Positions 30,098 through 39,583 of a DNA stretch of 64,000 nucleotides are shown piece after piece (positions within the stretch are counted from its first letter, which is position 1; every line of letters starts with the position of its first letter). The translations under genes were made by a program, and so were the position numbers. The notes beneath the pieces were generated by a model. That model had not been told where the DNA came from, did no database searches, and saw only the letters and a program-made list of their open reading frames with translations. Source of the stretch: Alistipes sp. (GTDB lineage: Bacteria; Bacteroidota; Bacteroidia; Bacteroidales; Rikenellaceae); assembly GCA_017938765.1 (NCBI GenBank), contig JAGBAX010000028.1:190490-254489 (forward strand), given 5' to 3'.

Positions 30098-31300
30098 ATG
30101 CTATATACACTTTTTAAGTACCTTGACAGAGTATACGACCTTCCAGGCTCTGGAATGTTCCAGTACATTACCTTTCGTGGCGTTGCGGCATTTATCATCG
30201 CCATGCTCATTGTAATTTATATCGGCAAGCCTATTATCCGCAAGTTGCAGAAGTTACAGATTGGCGAGGAGATTCGCGACCTCGGTCTTGAGGGTCAGAT
30301 GGCAAAAAAGGGTACTCCAACTATGGGAGGCATCCTTATTCTGCTTGCGATACTTATCCCTGTGCTGCTCTTTGCTCGCCTTGACAATGTCTATATCCTG
30401 CTGATGATTATCTCTACTGTTTGGTGCGGTGCTATCGGCTTTTTAGATGATTATATCAAGGTCTTCCGCCACAATAAGGAGGGACTAAAGGGTAAGTTTA
30501 AGATTGTCGGTCAGGTAGGTCTGGGAATTATCGTTGGTACGGTGATGTGCTTTTCAGAGGATATTGTTGTGCGCGAAGAGCAGAGCAACGACCCTAACCA
30601 CACAGTGACTATTGAACGATATGAGGATGTCAAGACCACGCAGACTACAATTCCATTCTTCAAGGAGAATGAGTTTGATTATAGCTATCTTACTGGTGGA
30701 AATCAGAGTCTTGCGTGGGCGGTCTATGTGCTTATCGCAATCTTTATCGTTACGGCAGTATCAAATGCTGCAAACCTTACAGACGGCATAGATGGACTAC
30801 TCACGGGAGTCTCAATACCTATTGTTGTGGTGCTGGGTGTGCTGGCATACCTCTCTGGCCATATTATCTATGCCGACTACCTCAATATTATGTTTATCCC
30901 AGACAGCGGAGAGCTTCTTGTCTTCGCCCTTGCGATGATTGGCGCTCTACTTGGTTTTCTGTGGTACAACTCCTTCCCTGCGCAGATATTTATGGGCGAT
31001 ACGGGCTCACTTGCTATTGGCGGCATTATCGCCGTCTTTGCGCTCTGCATCCGCAAGGAGCTGCTGCTACCAATTATGTGCGGAATATTCTTGGTTGAGG
31101 CCGTCTCAGTGATTATCCAGCGCCGCTACTTCATCTACACAAAGCGCAAGTATGGCGAGGGTCGCCGTGTGTTCCTCATGGCGCCTATCCACCACCACTA
31201 CCAAAAGCAGAATATTCCAGAGAGCAAGATTACAATGCGATTTATCATCATCTCGCTACTCCTTGCTGCCGTTAGTCTTATAACCCTTAAAATCCGATAG
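30098..31300 (+). CDS. mraY: Phospho-MurNAc-pentapeptide transferase
   Basis: KKGTPTMGG, NLTDGIDGL, FMGDTGS, APIHHH. Confidence 0.97.
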   Translation: MLYTLFKYLDRVYDLPGSGMFQYITFRGVAAFIIAMLIVIYIGKPIIRKLQKLQIGEEIRDLGLEGQMAKKGTPTMGGILILLAILIPVLLFARLDNVYILLMIISTVWCGAIGFLDDYIKVFRHNKEGLKGKFKIVGQVGLGIIVGTVMCFSEDIVVREEQSNDPNHTVTIERYEDVKTTQTTIPFFKENEFDYSYLTGGNQSLAWAVYVLIAIFIVTAVSNAANLTDGIDGLLTGVSIPIVVVLGVLAYLSGHIIYADYLNIMFIPDSGELLVFALAMIGALLGFLWYNSFPAQIFMGDTGSLAIGGIIAVFALCIRKELLLPIMCGIFLVEAVSVIIQRRYFIYTKRKYGEGRRVFLMAPIHHHYQKQNIPESKITMRFIIISLLLAAVSLITLKIR

Positions 31301-31302
31301 TT

Positions 31303-32661
31303 ATGGCAAAGCGTATAGTAGTCCTAGGTGGAGGTATTAGCGGATATGGAAGTGCAATATTAGCAAAAAAGCATGGATTAGATGTCTTTCTCTCTGATGC
31401 AGGGTCAATCTCCCCTCTCTACCGCTCACGCCTTGAGCAGTGGGGCGTAGAGTTTGAGGAGGGCGGACATACAGTAGATAAAATTCTCAATGCTACGGAG
31501 GTTATCAAGTCTCCGGGCATACCCGATAAAGCCCCTATTGTTGTGGCTATTCGCCAGAAGGGCATACCAGTAATCTCAGAGATGGAGTTTACCCACCGTT
31601 ATATCGGTAGCGCAAAAACAGTCTGCATCACTGGTAGCAACGGTAAGACCACAACTACCTCGCTAATCTACAAAATTCTCTCTGATGCGGGATATAATGT
31701 GGCATTAGGTGGCAATATCGGCGAGAGCTTTGCCTATAGCGTGGCTACGGGGGCTTACGACTGGTATGTTCTTGAGCTGAGTAGTTTCCAACTTGACGGT
31801 ATGTTTAACTTCAGGGCAAATATCGCCGTGCTGATGAACATCACTCCCGACCACCTTGACCGCTACAACTACTGCTTCCAGAACTATGTAGATAGCAAGA
31901 TGCGCATCGTGCAGAATCAGAAGAGCAACGACTGCTTTATCTACTCAGCCGACGATAGCACCATTATGGCGGAGCTAACAAAACACCCTCTGCGCTCGCG
32001 CGAACTGCCATTTATGGCAAAGAGTGCCGTTGCAAGTGGCGCAGGCGATGCATTTCTCGCTGGCAATAGTTTTACTGCTCGCGTAGGCGATGTTTCGGTA
32101 GATATTAATACCGAGAAGATGCAGATAAAGGGTCTGCATAACGCCTATGATGCTATGGCAGCAGCCTTGGCAGCCCTCGCTGCAGGCGTAGCACCAGAGC
32201 AGGTGGCAGAGTCTATCTACGACTTCTCGCCCGTTGAGCACCGCCTTGAGCCTGTGGCAGAGATTGACGGTGTGCAGTATATCAACGACTCTAAGGCTAC
32301 AAATGTAGACTCTGTCTGGTACGCCCTTGAGAGTATGACCCGCCCAGTGGTGTGGATTGCAGGCGGAACAGATAAGGGAAACGACTATACCCCACTTATG
32401 GAGTTCGCCCGCGCAAAGGTGCATACGCTTATATGTATGGGTGTAGATAACACAAAGTTAGAGCGCGACTTTGCAGGTGTTATCCCGACAATAGTCTCAA
32501 CCGATAGCCTTGACAGCGCTATGCGCGCAGCTGTAGCAGCAGCAAAGAGTGGCGATACGGTGCTACTCTCCCCTGCTTGCGCGAGCTTTGACCTATTTAA
32601 GAACTACTGCCAGCGTGGCGAACTGTTTAAGGAGTGGGTCAATACAAACCTCAAAAAGTAG
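31303..32661 (+). CDS. murD: UDP-MurNAc-Ala:D-Glu ligase
   Basis: GSNGKTTT, ELSSFQL, DHLDRY, NDSKATN, LLSPACASFD. Confidence 0.97.
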   Translation: MAKRIVVLGGGISGYGSAILAKKHGLDVFLSDAGSISPLYRSRLEQWGVEFEEGGHTVDKILNATEVIKSPGIPDKAPIVVAIRQKGIPVISEMEFTHRYIGSAKTVCITGSNGKTTTTSLIYKILSDAGYNVALGGNIGESFAYSVATGAYDWYVLELSSFQLDGMFNFRANIAVLMNITPDHLDRYNYCFQNYVDSKMRIVQNQKSNDCFIYSADDSTIMAELTKHPLRSRELPFMAKSAVASGAGDAFLAGNSFTARVGDVSVDINTEKMQIKGLHNAYDAMAAALAALAAGVAPEQVAESIYDFSPVEHRLEPVAEIDGVQYINDSKATNVDSVWYALESMTRPVVWIAGGTDKGNDYTPLMEFARAKVHTLICMGVDNTKLERDFAGVIPTIVSTDSLDSAMRAAVAAAKSGDTVLLSPACASFDLFKNYCQRGELFKEWVNTNLKK

Positions 32662-32666
32662 AAACG

Positions 32667-33944
32667 ATGGAAGACAACAGAGCAGCAGTCCCCTCAATAC
32701 TCTCAAAGGTTACTTTTTTCAACGGCGACAAGGTGTTGATGGTCATCGTGCCTATACTCTTTGTGCTCTCGGCACTTGTTGTCTACTCGTCAGTGGCCAA
32801 AATGGGCTATGCCCATATGGGAACGGAGACCAACGCTATTTTCACAAAGCACCTTGTAGTCATCATCTTAGCAGCCGCTACGCTTATGGGTTGCTACTTT
32901 ATGGGCGCAAAGTTCCTCTATAAGATTGCGCCATATGTATATGGCATCTGCTGGCTGCTTACCCTTGGTGTCTACTTCTTCGGCTCAACAAATGGAGGTG
33001 CTGCCCGCTGGTACGACTTCGGCTTCTCTGTTCAGCCGTCAGAACTCCTTAAGGTCGCAACAATACTGCTCCTTGCTCGCACCCTTGATGATGCACAACC
33101 AACAATCGGCCACCAGCGACTCCTGCCCTCATTCAACCCTTGGAAGTGGACAAAGAAGGGGCGCAAAAAACAGCTTGATATACTCTGGAACGGCACTTGC
33201 AAGATTGTTATGCCCGTGCTATCATCTGTTGCAGTGATTATCAAGGCGCATAACTCTACAGCCCTGCTTGTCTTCGGCATTGGCCTTATTATGATATTTA
33301 TCGGTCGCGCACTGAAGATGGAACTTACAAAGGTTTTCTTGCTTGTCGCCGCTGCAGGTGCTATATACTTTGCCGCAGGTGCTGGTCGCGCACATACAGC
33401 CACAAACCGTATTACAAACTTTGTCAAGGAGTGGACCAGCCCCGCCGATACAACAGCTACACGCACCCTTACAGATGCCGACCACGCCATGATAGCTATC
33501 TACGACGGAGGTCTTTTCGGCGTTGGCGCAGGCCAGTCTGTTATGCGCGCAAAGATTACCCACCCAGAGAGCGATTATATCTTCTCATTCTTTGTTGAGG
33601 AGTACGGAATTATTATGGGTATGATACTCATTATCCTCTACGCGTGGATTTTCGCCCGCGCCATTGCTATATTCAGGTCAAGCCGCTGGTTCTTTGGCGG
33701 TATCCTTGTGCTGGGGCTGGCGCTGATGATAACAGTTCAGGCCCTGCTCCACTTTATGGTCTCCACACACCTATTTATAGAGACGGGACAAAACCTGCCA
33801 CTTATCTCACACGGTGGAACATCAATGATATGCACCGCTGCCGCACTGGGTATCATCCTGAGCATCAGCCGCCAAGCCAATAACCGCACCCTTGAGCCAC
33901 CAGTCGGCACCGCCACTATGACCGCCGAGGATAATGATGAATAA
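32667..33944 (+). CDS. ftsW: SEDS protein FtsW
   Basis: QPSELLK, ESDYIFS, TGQNLPLISHGGTS; dcw position. Confidence 0.9.
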   Translation: MEDNRAAVPSILSKVTFFNGDKVLMVIVPILFVLSALVVYSSVAKMGYAHMGTETNAIFTKHLVVIILAAATLMGCYFMGAKFLYKIAPYVYGICWLLTLGVYFFGSTNGGAARWYDFGFSVQPSELLKVATILLLARTLDDAQPTIGHQRLLPSFNPWKWTKKGRKKQLDILWNGTCKIVMPVLSSVAVIIKAHNSTALLVFGIGLIMIFIGRALKMELTKVFLLVAAAGAIYFAAGAGRAHTATNRITNFVKEWTSPADTTATRTLTDADHAMIAIYDGGLFGVGAGQSVMRAKITHPESDYIFSFFVEEYGIIMGMILIILYAWIFARAIAIFRSSRWFFGGILVLGLALMITVQALLHFMVSTHLFIETGQNLPLISHGGTSMICTAAALGIILSISRQANNRTLEPPVGTATMTAEDNDE

Positions 33945-34515
33945 TATGGTCAAAAAAAGTATGGTCAAAAATCCCGAACATAGAGCTTGGCAAGTACTGT
34001 CAAGCGAGTATTTAGGCAACCAACCCTGGTTTACCGTGCGCAAAGAGCGCGTTCAACTTCCTACGGGCGTTGTCGTTCCTGAATGGTACATCTTTGAATT
34101 TCCTCGTTGGGTGCAGGTCATAGCTATCACAAAAGATGAAAAATTTGTGATGATTAGCCAATATCGCCACGGACTCGGAGCAACAAACTACGAGCTAGTC
34201 GCAGGAGTATGTGAGGAGAATGAAGATATAGAGCAAGCTGCTCGTCGTGAACTGCTTGAGGAGAGTGGTTATGGAGGTGGCGAGTGGAGAGAATTTATGC
34301 ACGCCTGCCCAAATCCGACAAACCACAACAATATCGCCTATACTTTTCTGGCTGTGGGAGTAGAGCAAGTTTCGGAACAAAATACAGAGCCGAGCGAAGA
34401 TATTGACGTTCACCTACTTAGCCGAGAGGAGGTACGCTATCTCCTTGATAATAATATGATAATCCACGGACTGCACTCTGCCCCACTATGGAGATGGTTT
34501 GCAGAGAATAGATAA
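33934..34515 (+). CDS. NUDIX hydrolase
   Basis: Nudix box G-x5-E-x7-RELLEESG; start Met uncertain. Confidence 0.9.
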   Translation: MMNNMVKKSMVKNPEHRAWQVLSSEYLGNQPWFTVRKERVQLPTGVVVPEWYIFEFPRWVQVIAITKDEKFVMISQYRHGLGATNYELVAGVCEENEDIEQAARRELLEESGYGGGEWREFMHACPNPTNHNNIAYTFLAVGVEQVSEQNTEPSEDIDVHLLSREEVRYLLDNNMIIHGLHSAPLWRWFAENR

Positions 34516-34520
34516 TACCG

Positions 34521-34798
34521 TAACGCCGCAAAAAGCTGCTCAAAATAGCACCATTTTGTTATTTTGAGTGAGATTTTGCAAGGCTTGCGAAGTAGAGAAA
34601 AGCGGAGCATACTAAGCGTATGTGAGCATTTGTAAGACGAGTGCAACGCAGTACAACCGCTCAAAATAGCACCATTTTGTTATTTTGAGTGAGATTTTGC
34701 AAGGCTTGCGAAGTAGAGAAAAGCGGAGCATACTAAAACGTATGTGAGCATTTTTGAAACGAGCATAACGCGGCAAAAGCCACTCAAAATAACAAAAT
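34521..34798. repeat. Tandem array (about 2.3 units, 121-bp period) of an ERIC-like palindrome, family C
   Basis: Unit 34674-34798 has a perfect 18-bp TIR ATTTTGTTATTTTGAGTG/CACTCAAAATAACAAAAT and core AAGGC...GGAGCATAC-N5-6-GTATGTGA...AACGC. Confidence 0.88.
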
Positions 34799-34807
34799 AA
34801 CAAAATT

Positions 34808-35221
34808 ATGGAGGTTAGACTAGATAAATACCTATGGGCAGTACGCATTTTCAAGACAAGGAGTGATGCTGCCGATGCAATAAGAAATAACCGTGTGACG
34901 GTTAATGGTAGCTACGCCAAGCCGTCGCGCGAGGCGAAGGTTGGGGATAAGATAGATGTTAAGAGGGGTATGATAACCTACTCATACCTTGTCACCGAGC
35001 TTGTAGCTAACCGCCAGCCGGCGAAGAGTGTTCCGCAGTTCTGCCAGAATATAACTCCACAGACGGAGCTTGACAAGCTCAATGTACCTCGCGAGACCAT
35101 CTTCGTCTTCCGCGAGCGTGGCACCGGCCGCCCAACAAAAAAGGAGCGCCGCGAAATTGACGCCGTCATGGACGAGATGTTTGTTTACGACGAGGATTTT
35201 GAGATTGACGACGAAGATTAG
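34808..35221 (+). CDS. hslR: S4-domain RNA-binding protein (Hsp15)
   Basis: RLDKYLWAVRIFKTRS, GRPTKKERRE. Confidence 0.9.
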   Translation: MEVRLDKYLWAVRIFKTRSDAADAIRNNRVTVNGSYAKPSREAKVGDKIDVKRGMITYSYLVTELVANRQPAKSVPQFCQNITPQTELDKLNVPRETIFVFRERGTGRPTKKERREIDAVMDEMFVYDEDFEIDDED

Positions 35222-35227
35222 CATCTT

Positions 35228-36502
35228 ATGAGAGTAAGGGTACTATACAAGCTATCGGTTATCTGTTGCGCTGTGGCGGTACTATATGGCTGTAGTGCAA
35301 CCAAAACCGCAGCACCACAGCTCTCGCCCGACCAGATAGAGATAAACAACAGCATAGTCTCTGGCAACCCATTCAAAATAATGGATAGCTACTTCCGCTA
35401 TGAAGAGCATCGTGATTTTCTTGCCGACTATCTGCTCAGCGAGGTCGGCTACAGCGACTACACATACTCTGAATTGGAACATTTTGCCCAGTATGCTAAG
35501 CGCGACACAACACTCTACGAGGGGTACAACTTTATTATTAAGCAACGAGAAAATCAGGTGCGCGACCACATTGCAACGCTAACGCTACCAGCTATGGCCG
35601 AGTACTACATCAACAACACCGATGAGAGAGTATTCTTGCGGCCACTACTGCAAAAGAGCCTTATAAGCACCCTTGCAGACAAAGAGTATCCATTTATACG
35701 CGAGGCACACAAGTCATTCACTGGCAGCGACTTATCACATCAGATAGACTCAATATACCAGATAAAGAGGGCTGAAATACTTCCCAAAGTCATAAAAATG
35801 GTTGACCAGCACTGCGCTGTTGAGCGTCAGCTACTGTCACAGATGCAGAGTAGTGCAATGAGCGACATTGCCACATATCTTGAGCGTGGACTGCCCATTG
35901 TACTTGAGGATGGTTTGGATAAGATAAATCGCGGAATTTTAGATGAGATATTAACCCGAGAGGCGACTGACTCACTCTCTATACGCGAGTATTTTGAGTA
36001 CAAAGTGGGCGAGGTGTTGAATCAGGAGCATATCGCCAATCAGATTTTCGGTGCAGCAAACGACTTTAAGCAGAGTATTGACTCTTGCCGAGCAAATATC
36101 GCCGAGCAGCTGCTTTCAGATTACACCGCAGACAAGAAGTTAGGTCTACAGCAGAGCTATAGTGCAGAGGATTACCAGCTCTTACCGTTAGACTGGCAGC
36201 CAATAGAGAAGATAGAGCAGATAAAGAGCAAAATAGATTGGGTAAGCTGGGGGCTTACTATCGTATCGCTTATCCCAGGCGTTGGCATTGCCGCCGATGC
36301 TGCTGACCTAATATACGGTCTATGGTCAGAGAGTGACAAGAGCAAAGGTATAAATGAGCAACTTGAGACCTTTGCAACGCAGATAGGCAAGGTGCTTAAC
36401 AAGAGCATTACCGACAACACAACAGCTCTTTTTGACACTCTTAATAGCGACCTACTCTCTACTCAAGACTCCTTCAAACAGTATATCTATGAGAACTTCT
36501 GA
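35228..36502 (+). CDS. Hypothetical helical lipoprotein
   Basis: LYGC lipobox; 424-aa ORF; C-terminal hydrophobic SLIPGVGIAADAADLIY motif. Confidence 0.75.
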   Translation: MRVRVLYKLSVICCAVAVLYGCSATKTAAPQLSPDQIEINNSIVSGNPFKIMDSYFRYEEHRDFLADYLLSEVGYSDYTYSELEHFAQYAKRDTTLYEGYNFIIKQRENQVRDHIATLTLPAMAEYYINNTDERVFLRPLLQKSLISTLADKEYPFIREAHKSFTGSDLSHQIDSIYQIKRAEILPKVIKMVDQHCAVERQLLSQMQSSAMSDIATYLERGLPIVLEDGLDKINRGILDEILTREATDSLSIREYFEYKVGEVLNQEHIANQIFGAANDFKQSIDSCRANIAEQLLSDYTADKKLGLQQSYSAEDYQLLPLDWQPIEKIEQIKSKIDWVSWGLTIVSLIPGVGIAADAADLIYGLWSESDKSKGINEQLETFATQIGKVLNKSITDNTTALFDTLNSDLLSTQDSFKQYIYENF

Positions 36503-37946
36503 ACCCACCATACTATTTGTTCTACTCTGCACTCTGTGCATAGCCATTACCTCTACGGCCGATGCGCAGATATTGGGCAAACTACTAAAGCGCACCGCCA
36601 AAAAGAGCCTCAAGACCGCCGTTGTTAAGAAGACCACAAAGGAGATTGCAGAAGATATAGCTGTAAAGGCTGTAGGCAAAGAGTTTGGACAGGATATAGC
36701 TACGCGAGTACTTGCACGCGAGGCAGCACAGAACTCAATTAAAAGAGGAGCAAAACGCGAGGCGACACAGAAACTCACTCGCGAGGTGTTAGAGTCCAAT
36801 GCAGACAATATTCTGATTAAGAGTTTAGGGCGTGAGGCTGCTGAGCATGGTGTTAGCCGCATAGCCCATAGCGCCACCACAGAGATTACCCAGAGAGTAA
36901 CATCTAAGAGTATAGCCGAATCCTCACAGCGCGCTGTGCAGAAGGCCATCAAAAAGAGCAGTGAGCAGGCCACAAAGCGCGTAGTGTTAGATGCCGGTCA
37001 GCAGGCCTTAGAGAGCCAGCTGAAAGATATTGTGGGGTCGGGTGTCAACAAGGTGTTGAGAGACAAATGCACTAAAGAGTCCCTTGAGCATTGTTCAAAG
37101 CAGCTGCTTAAAGATGTTGCCGCAGACCCAGCTCTGGCACAGCATATTAAGAGAAACCCTCAGTTTGTAAACAGCTATCTACAGGCTATAGATGCGCCAT
37201 CAGTGCGCACCGATATCAAGATGTTGCGCTACCTCCATAATGGTGCCGACAAGTTTGTGGATGCGGGATATCTCAAAAAGTGGGGTAAAGGAGCAGACCT
37301 TATCTTTAAGGAGCAAAATGGCGTATGTAAGATTTTTGATGCTAATGGCGACTTATTGGGCAATATTGTCAAAAATGCCGATGGCTTGGTTACTATCAAC
37401 TGCTCGGCAAAAAACCGCAAGCTGCTCAACCTCTACCCTATGAACAACGCGACCTACATCTGTGGCAACCATAAGTGGGTCACCGACCGCTACGGCCGCG
37501 TTCGCCAAGCCTCGTACACGGTATATGGCGACGAAAAAATCCTCACTCGTGAGGCTGGTAAAAGTATTACCACAAGTGTCCGCGACCTCAAAAATAGACA
37601 TAACCGCCTGGGGCTAATGACCTCCAATAAGCTCCCGTTCAACGACGACGGAGGCCACCTTATACCACGCTCAGCAGGAGGCACAAATGATGCTATAAAC
37701 ATCATCCCGCAAAACCAGAAGAGCAATAGAGGAGGTGTGTGGAAGCAGTGCGAGAATATGGCGACAACTAAAAAGGCCGCCAAAATGGGCAAGAGTATCG
37801 AGTGTAATATAGACCTGCACTACAACGACAATATGTCACTGCGCCCATCTGCTCTCTCTCGCACCCATACCATAGATGGCCAGGCTCAAAGACTCAAAAA
37901 CGGAGTAACAATCCAGCACTGCCATATCAACAACCCTGTAGAGTAG
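36489..37946 (+). CDS. Secreted protein with C-terminal DNA/RNA non-specific (beta-beta-alpha-Me) endonuclease domain
   Basis: Signal peptide ending ADA|Q; Lys/Ala-rich helical linker; WVTDRYGRV, DDGGHLIP..AGG..DAINIIPQ...SNRG.WKQCE. Confidence 0.8.
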   Translation: MRTSEPTILFVLLCTLCIAITSTADAQILGKLLKRTAKKSLKTAVVKKTTKEIAEDIAVKAVGKEFGQDIATRVLAREAAQNSIKRGAKREATQKLTREVLESNADNILIKSLGREAAEHGVSRIAHSATTEITQRVTSKSIAESSQRAVQKAIKKSSEQATKRVVLDAGQQALESQLKDIVGSGVNKVLRDKCTKESLEHCSKQLLKDVAADPALAQHIKRNPQFVNSYLQAIDAPSVRTDIKMLRYLHNGADKFVDAGYLKKWGKGADLIFKEQNGVCKIFDANGDLLGNIVKNADGLVTINCSAKNRKLLNLYPMNNATYICGNHKWVTDRYGRVRQASYTVYGDEKILTREAGKSITTSVRDLKNRHNRLGLMTSNKLPFNDDGGHLIPRSAGGTNDAINIIPQNQKSNRGGVWKQCENMATTKKAAKMGKSIECNIDLHYNDNMSLRPSALSRTHTIDGQAQRLKNGVTIQHCHINNPVE

Positions 37947-37959
37947 AGTATCATTCCCA

Positions 37960-38447
37960 AGCGATGTGAATTGCTTGCAATGGTTGGCGTAAAGAGTGGC
38001 GAGGGAGCTTGCTCACTAAAGCCAATCTTTGCGACAAGCGTAGTCGCGCTGCGACTCACATCGCGCCACACCATACCGCCGAGAACACAATACACAACAA
38101 AAAAAGGATAGCATAACTGCTACCCTCTATCTTGTGCCCAGAATAGGACTCGAAGGTCAAGCGACAGCTTGAGCTCGCGCGGATACCTTTAGCGCAGGGC
38201 AAAGCCCGAGCAATAATATCTTATATCCGCGCAACCTACGCCCTGTGAGCAGGGCTATTCTGAACGCTGAGCGATGTGAATTGCTTGCAATGGTTGGCGT
38301 AAAGAGTGGCGAGGGAGCTTGCTCACTAAAGCCAATCTTTGCGACAAGCGTAGTCGCGCTGCGACTCACATCGCGCCACACACAAACACAAAAAAAAGAG
38401 AGACTCAACCGTCTCTCCATAACCTTGTGCCCAGAATAGGACTCGAA
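37960..38447. repeat. tRNA-Leu-linked repeat: 112-bp identical duplication plus 24-bp duplicated tRNA 3' end
   Basis: 37960-38071 = 38270-38381; CTTGTGCCCAGAATAGGACTCGAA at 38131-38154 and 38424-38447. Confidence 0.9.
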
Positions 38448-38508
38448 CCTACACGTCTCTCAACACTCGCACCTGAAACGAGCGCGTCTACCATTTCGCC
38501 ATCTGGGC
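38428..38508 (-). tRNA. tRNA-Leu (CAG)
   Basis: GCCCAGATGGCGAAATGGTAGACGCG-CTCGT-TTCAGGT-GCGAG, long variable arm, GGTTCGAGTCC. Confidence 0.96.
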
Positions 38509-38513
38509 CCGTG

Positions 38514-38584
38514 AGGTCTGAAGCGGATTCGAACCGCTGTACGAGGTTTTGCAGACCTCTGCCTAGCCACTCGGCCATCAGACC
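38514..38584 (-). tRNA. tRNA-Cys (GCA)
   Basis: GGTCTGATGGCCGAGTGG...GAGGT-CTGCAAA-ACCTC...GGTTCGAATCC. Confidence 0.97.
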
Positions 38585-38704
38585 ATTTTTACCCTTTTAT
38601 CCTTTTGGGTGTGCAAATATAATGCGTTTTTATTTTAAAACCAAAAAAAATTGTATCTTTACGCTGAAAATTTAAAAAATTTTTACTTTATCGGCGAAAA
38701 AACT

Positions 38705-39583
38705 ATGAAAATTGAGGATATCGCTCTCACTCTTATCCCAAATTTAACTCCACTGGCGGTGGCTCATCTGCTGGAGGTATTTGGCTCTGCTGAGGCTATT
38801 TACGCCGCTTCGGAGGCTGAGCTTATCTCGCGCGCGGGGCTTCGGGCCGATATAGCAAAAAAGATTGCAGTGGGCTATGGGCTACCTCAAGCCGCAAGGG
38901 AGATAGAGTCTTGCCAGAGGGCTGGTATCACTGTTGTTGCCTCTTGCGATGGGGCATATCCTGAAAGAGTACGATTCTGCGCCGACTATCCCCATATTAT
39001 ATATATGGTAGGCGATACCTCGCTGCCAAATAGCTCTACGCTTCTTGCCATTGTGGGCGAGAGGCAGAGTGTCAGCGGATATGGCAACAAGATGATATTA
39101 AAACTTATTGAACAGATTGCCGAGCTAATGCCAGAGGCTGTAATTGTCGGAATGTTAGAGAGTTGCACCGATACAACAGCTCTACGCATAGCCTCAACAT
39201 ACGGTTTGCAAACTATCGCTATTTCAAGTGTTGCGCTGTCTGAGCTTTCATGCAGCGAATATAGCAGACTTGCTGAGGAGATTCTCACTTCAGGTGGCGC
39301 GATAGTTAGCGAGGTGGGTAGCACTTCCGCTCTGCGCGAAGATGGCTACAGTGCCGACGAGCGCATTGTTGCTGGGTTGTCAGATGGCGTTGTGGTGGTT
39401 GAGAGTGGAGAAATTCCCAACATTGCCAAGTGCGCCGACAGCTACGGCCGAATGCTCTTTGCTCTGCCTGGCAGAGCTACAGATGTAACCTCATGGGGCA
39501 CAAACCGTATGATAGCCTCATCTATGGCGCACCTTGTATGTTCGGGACGAGATATTGTTAATATTTTAGATTCTGAGTTATGA
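38705..39583 (+). CDS. dprA: DprA-like DNA-processing protein, degenerate
   Basis: LLEVFGSAEAIY SAM-like N-terminus, YPERV, AIVG, RIVAGLSDGVVVVE, ALPG; several signature residues substituted. Confidence 0.75.
   Translation: MKIEDIALTLIPNLTPLAVAHLLEVFGSAEAIYAASEAELISRAGLRADIAKKIAVGYGLPQAAREIESCQRAGITVVASCDGAYPERVRFCADYPHIIYMVGDTSLPNSSTLLAIVGERQSVSGYGNKMILKLIEQIAELMPEAVIVGMLESCTDTTALRIASTYGLQTIAISSVALSELSCSEYSRLAEEILTSGGAIVSEVGSTSALREDGYSADERIVAGLSDGVVVVESGEIPNIAKCADSYGRMLFALPGRATDVTSWGTNRMIASSMAHLVCSGRDIVNILDSEL

Noticed and set aside
34521-34798. Possible CRISPR array
   Set aside because: The 121-bp units are near-identical throughout, with no unique spacers and no cas genes.
35228-38447. 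Integrated island at tRNA-Leu carrying the nuclease pair
   Set aside because: The duplicated tRNA end lies only 293 bp from the tRNA and does not bracket the genes; there is no integrase and no third att copy.
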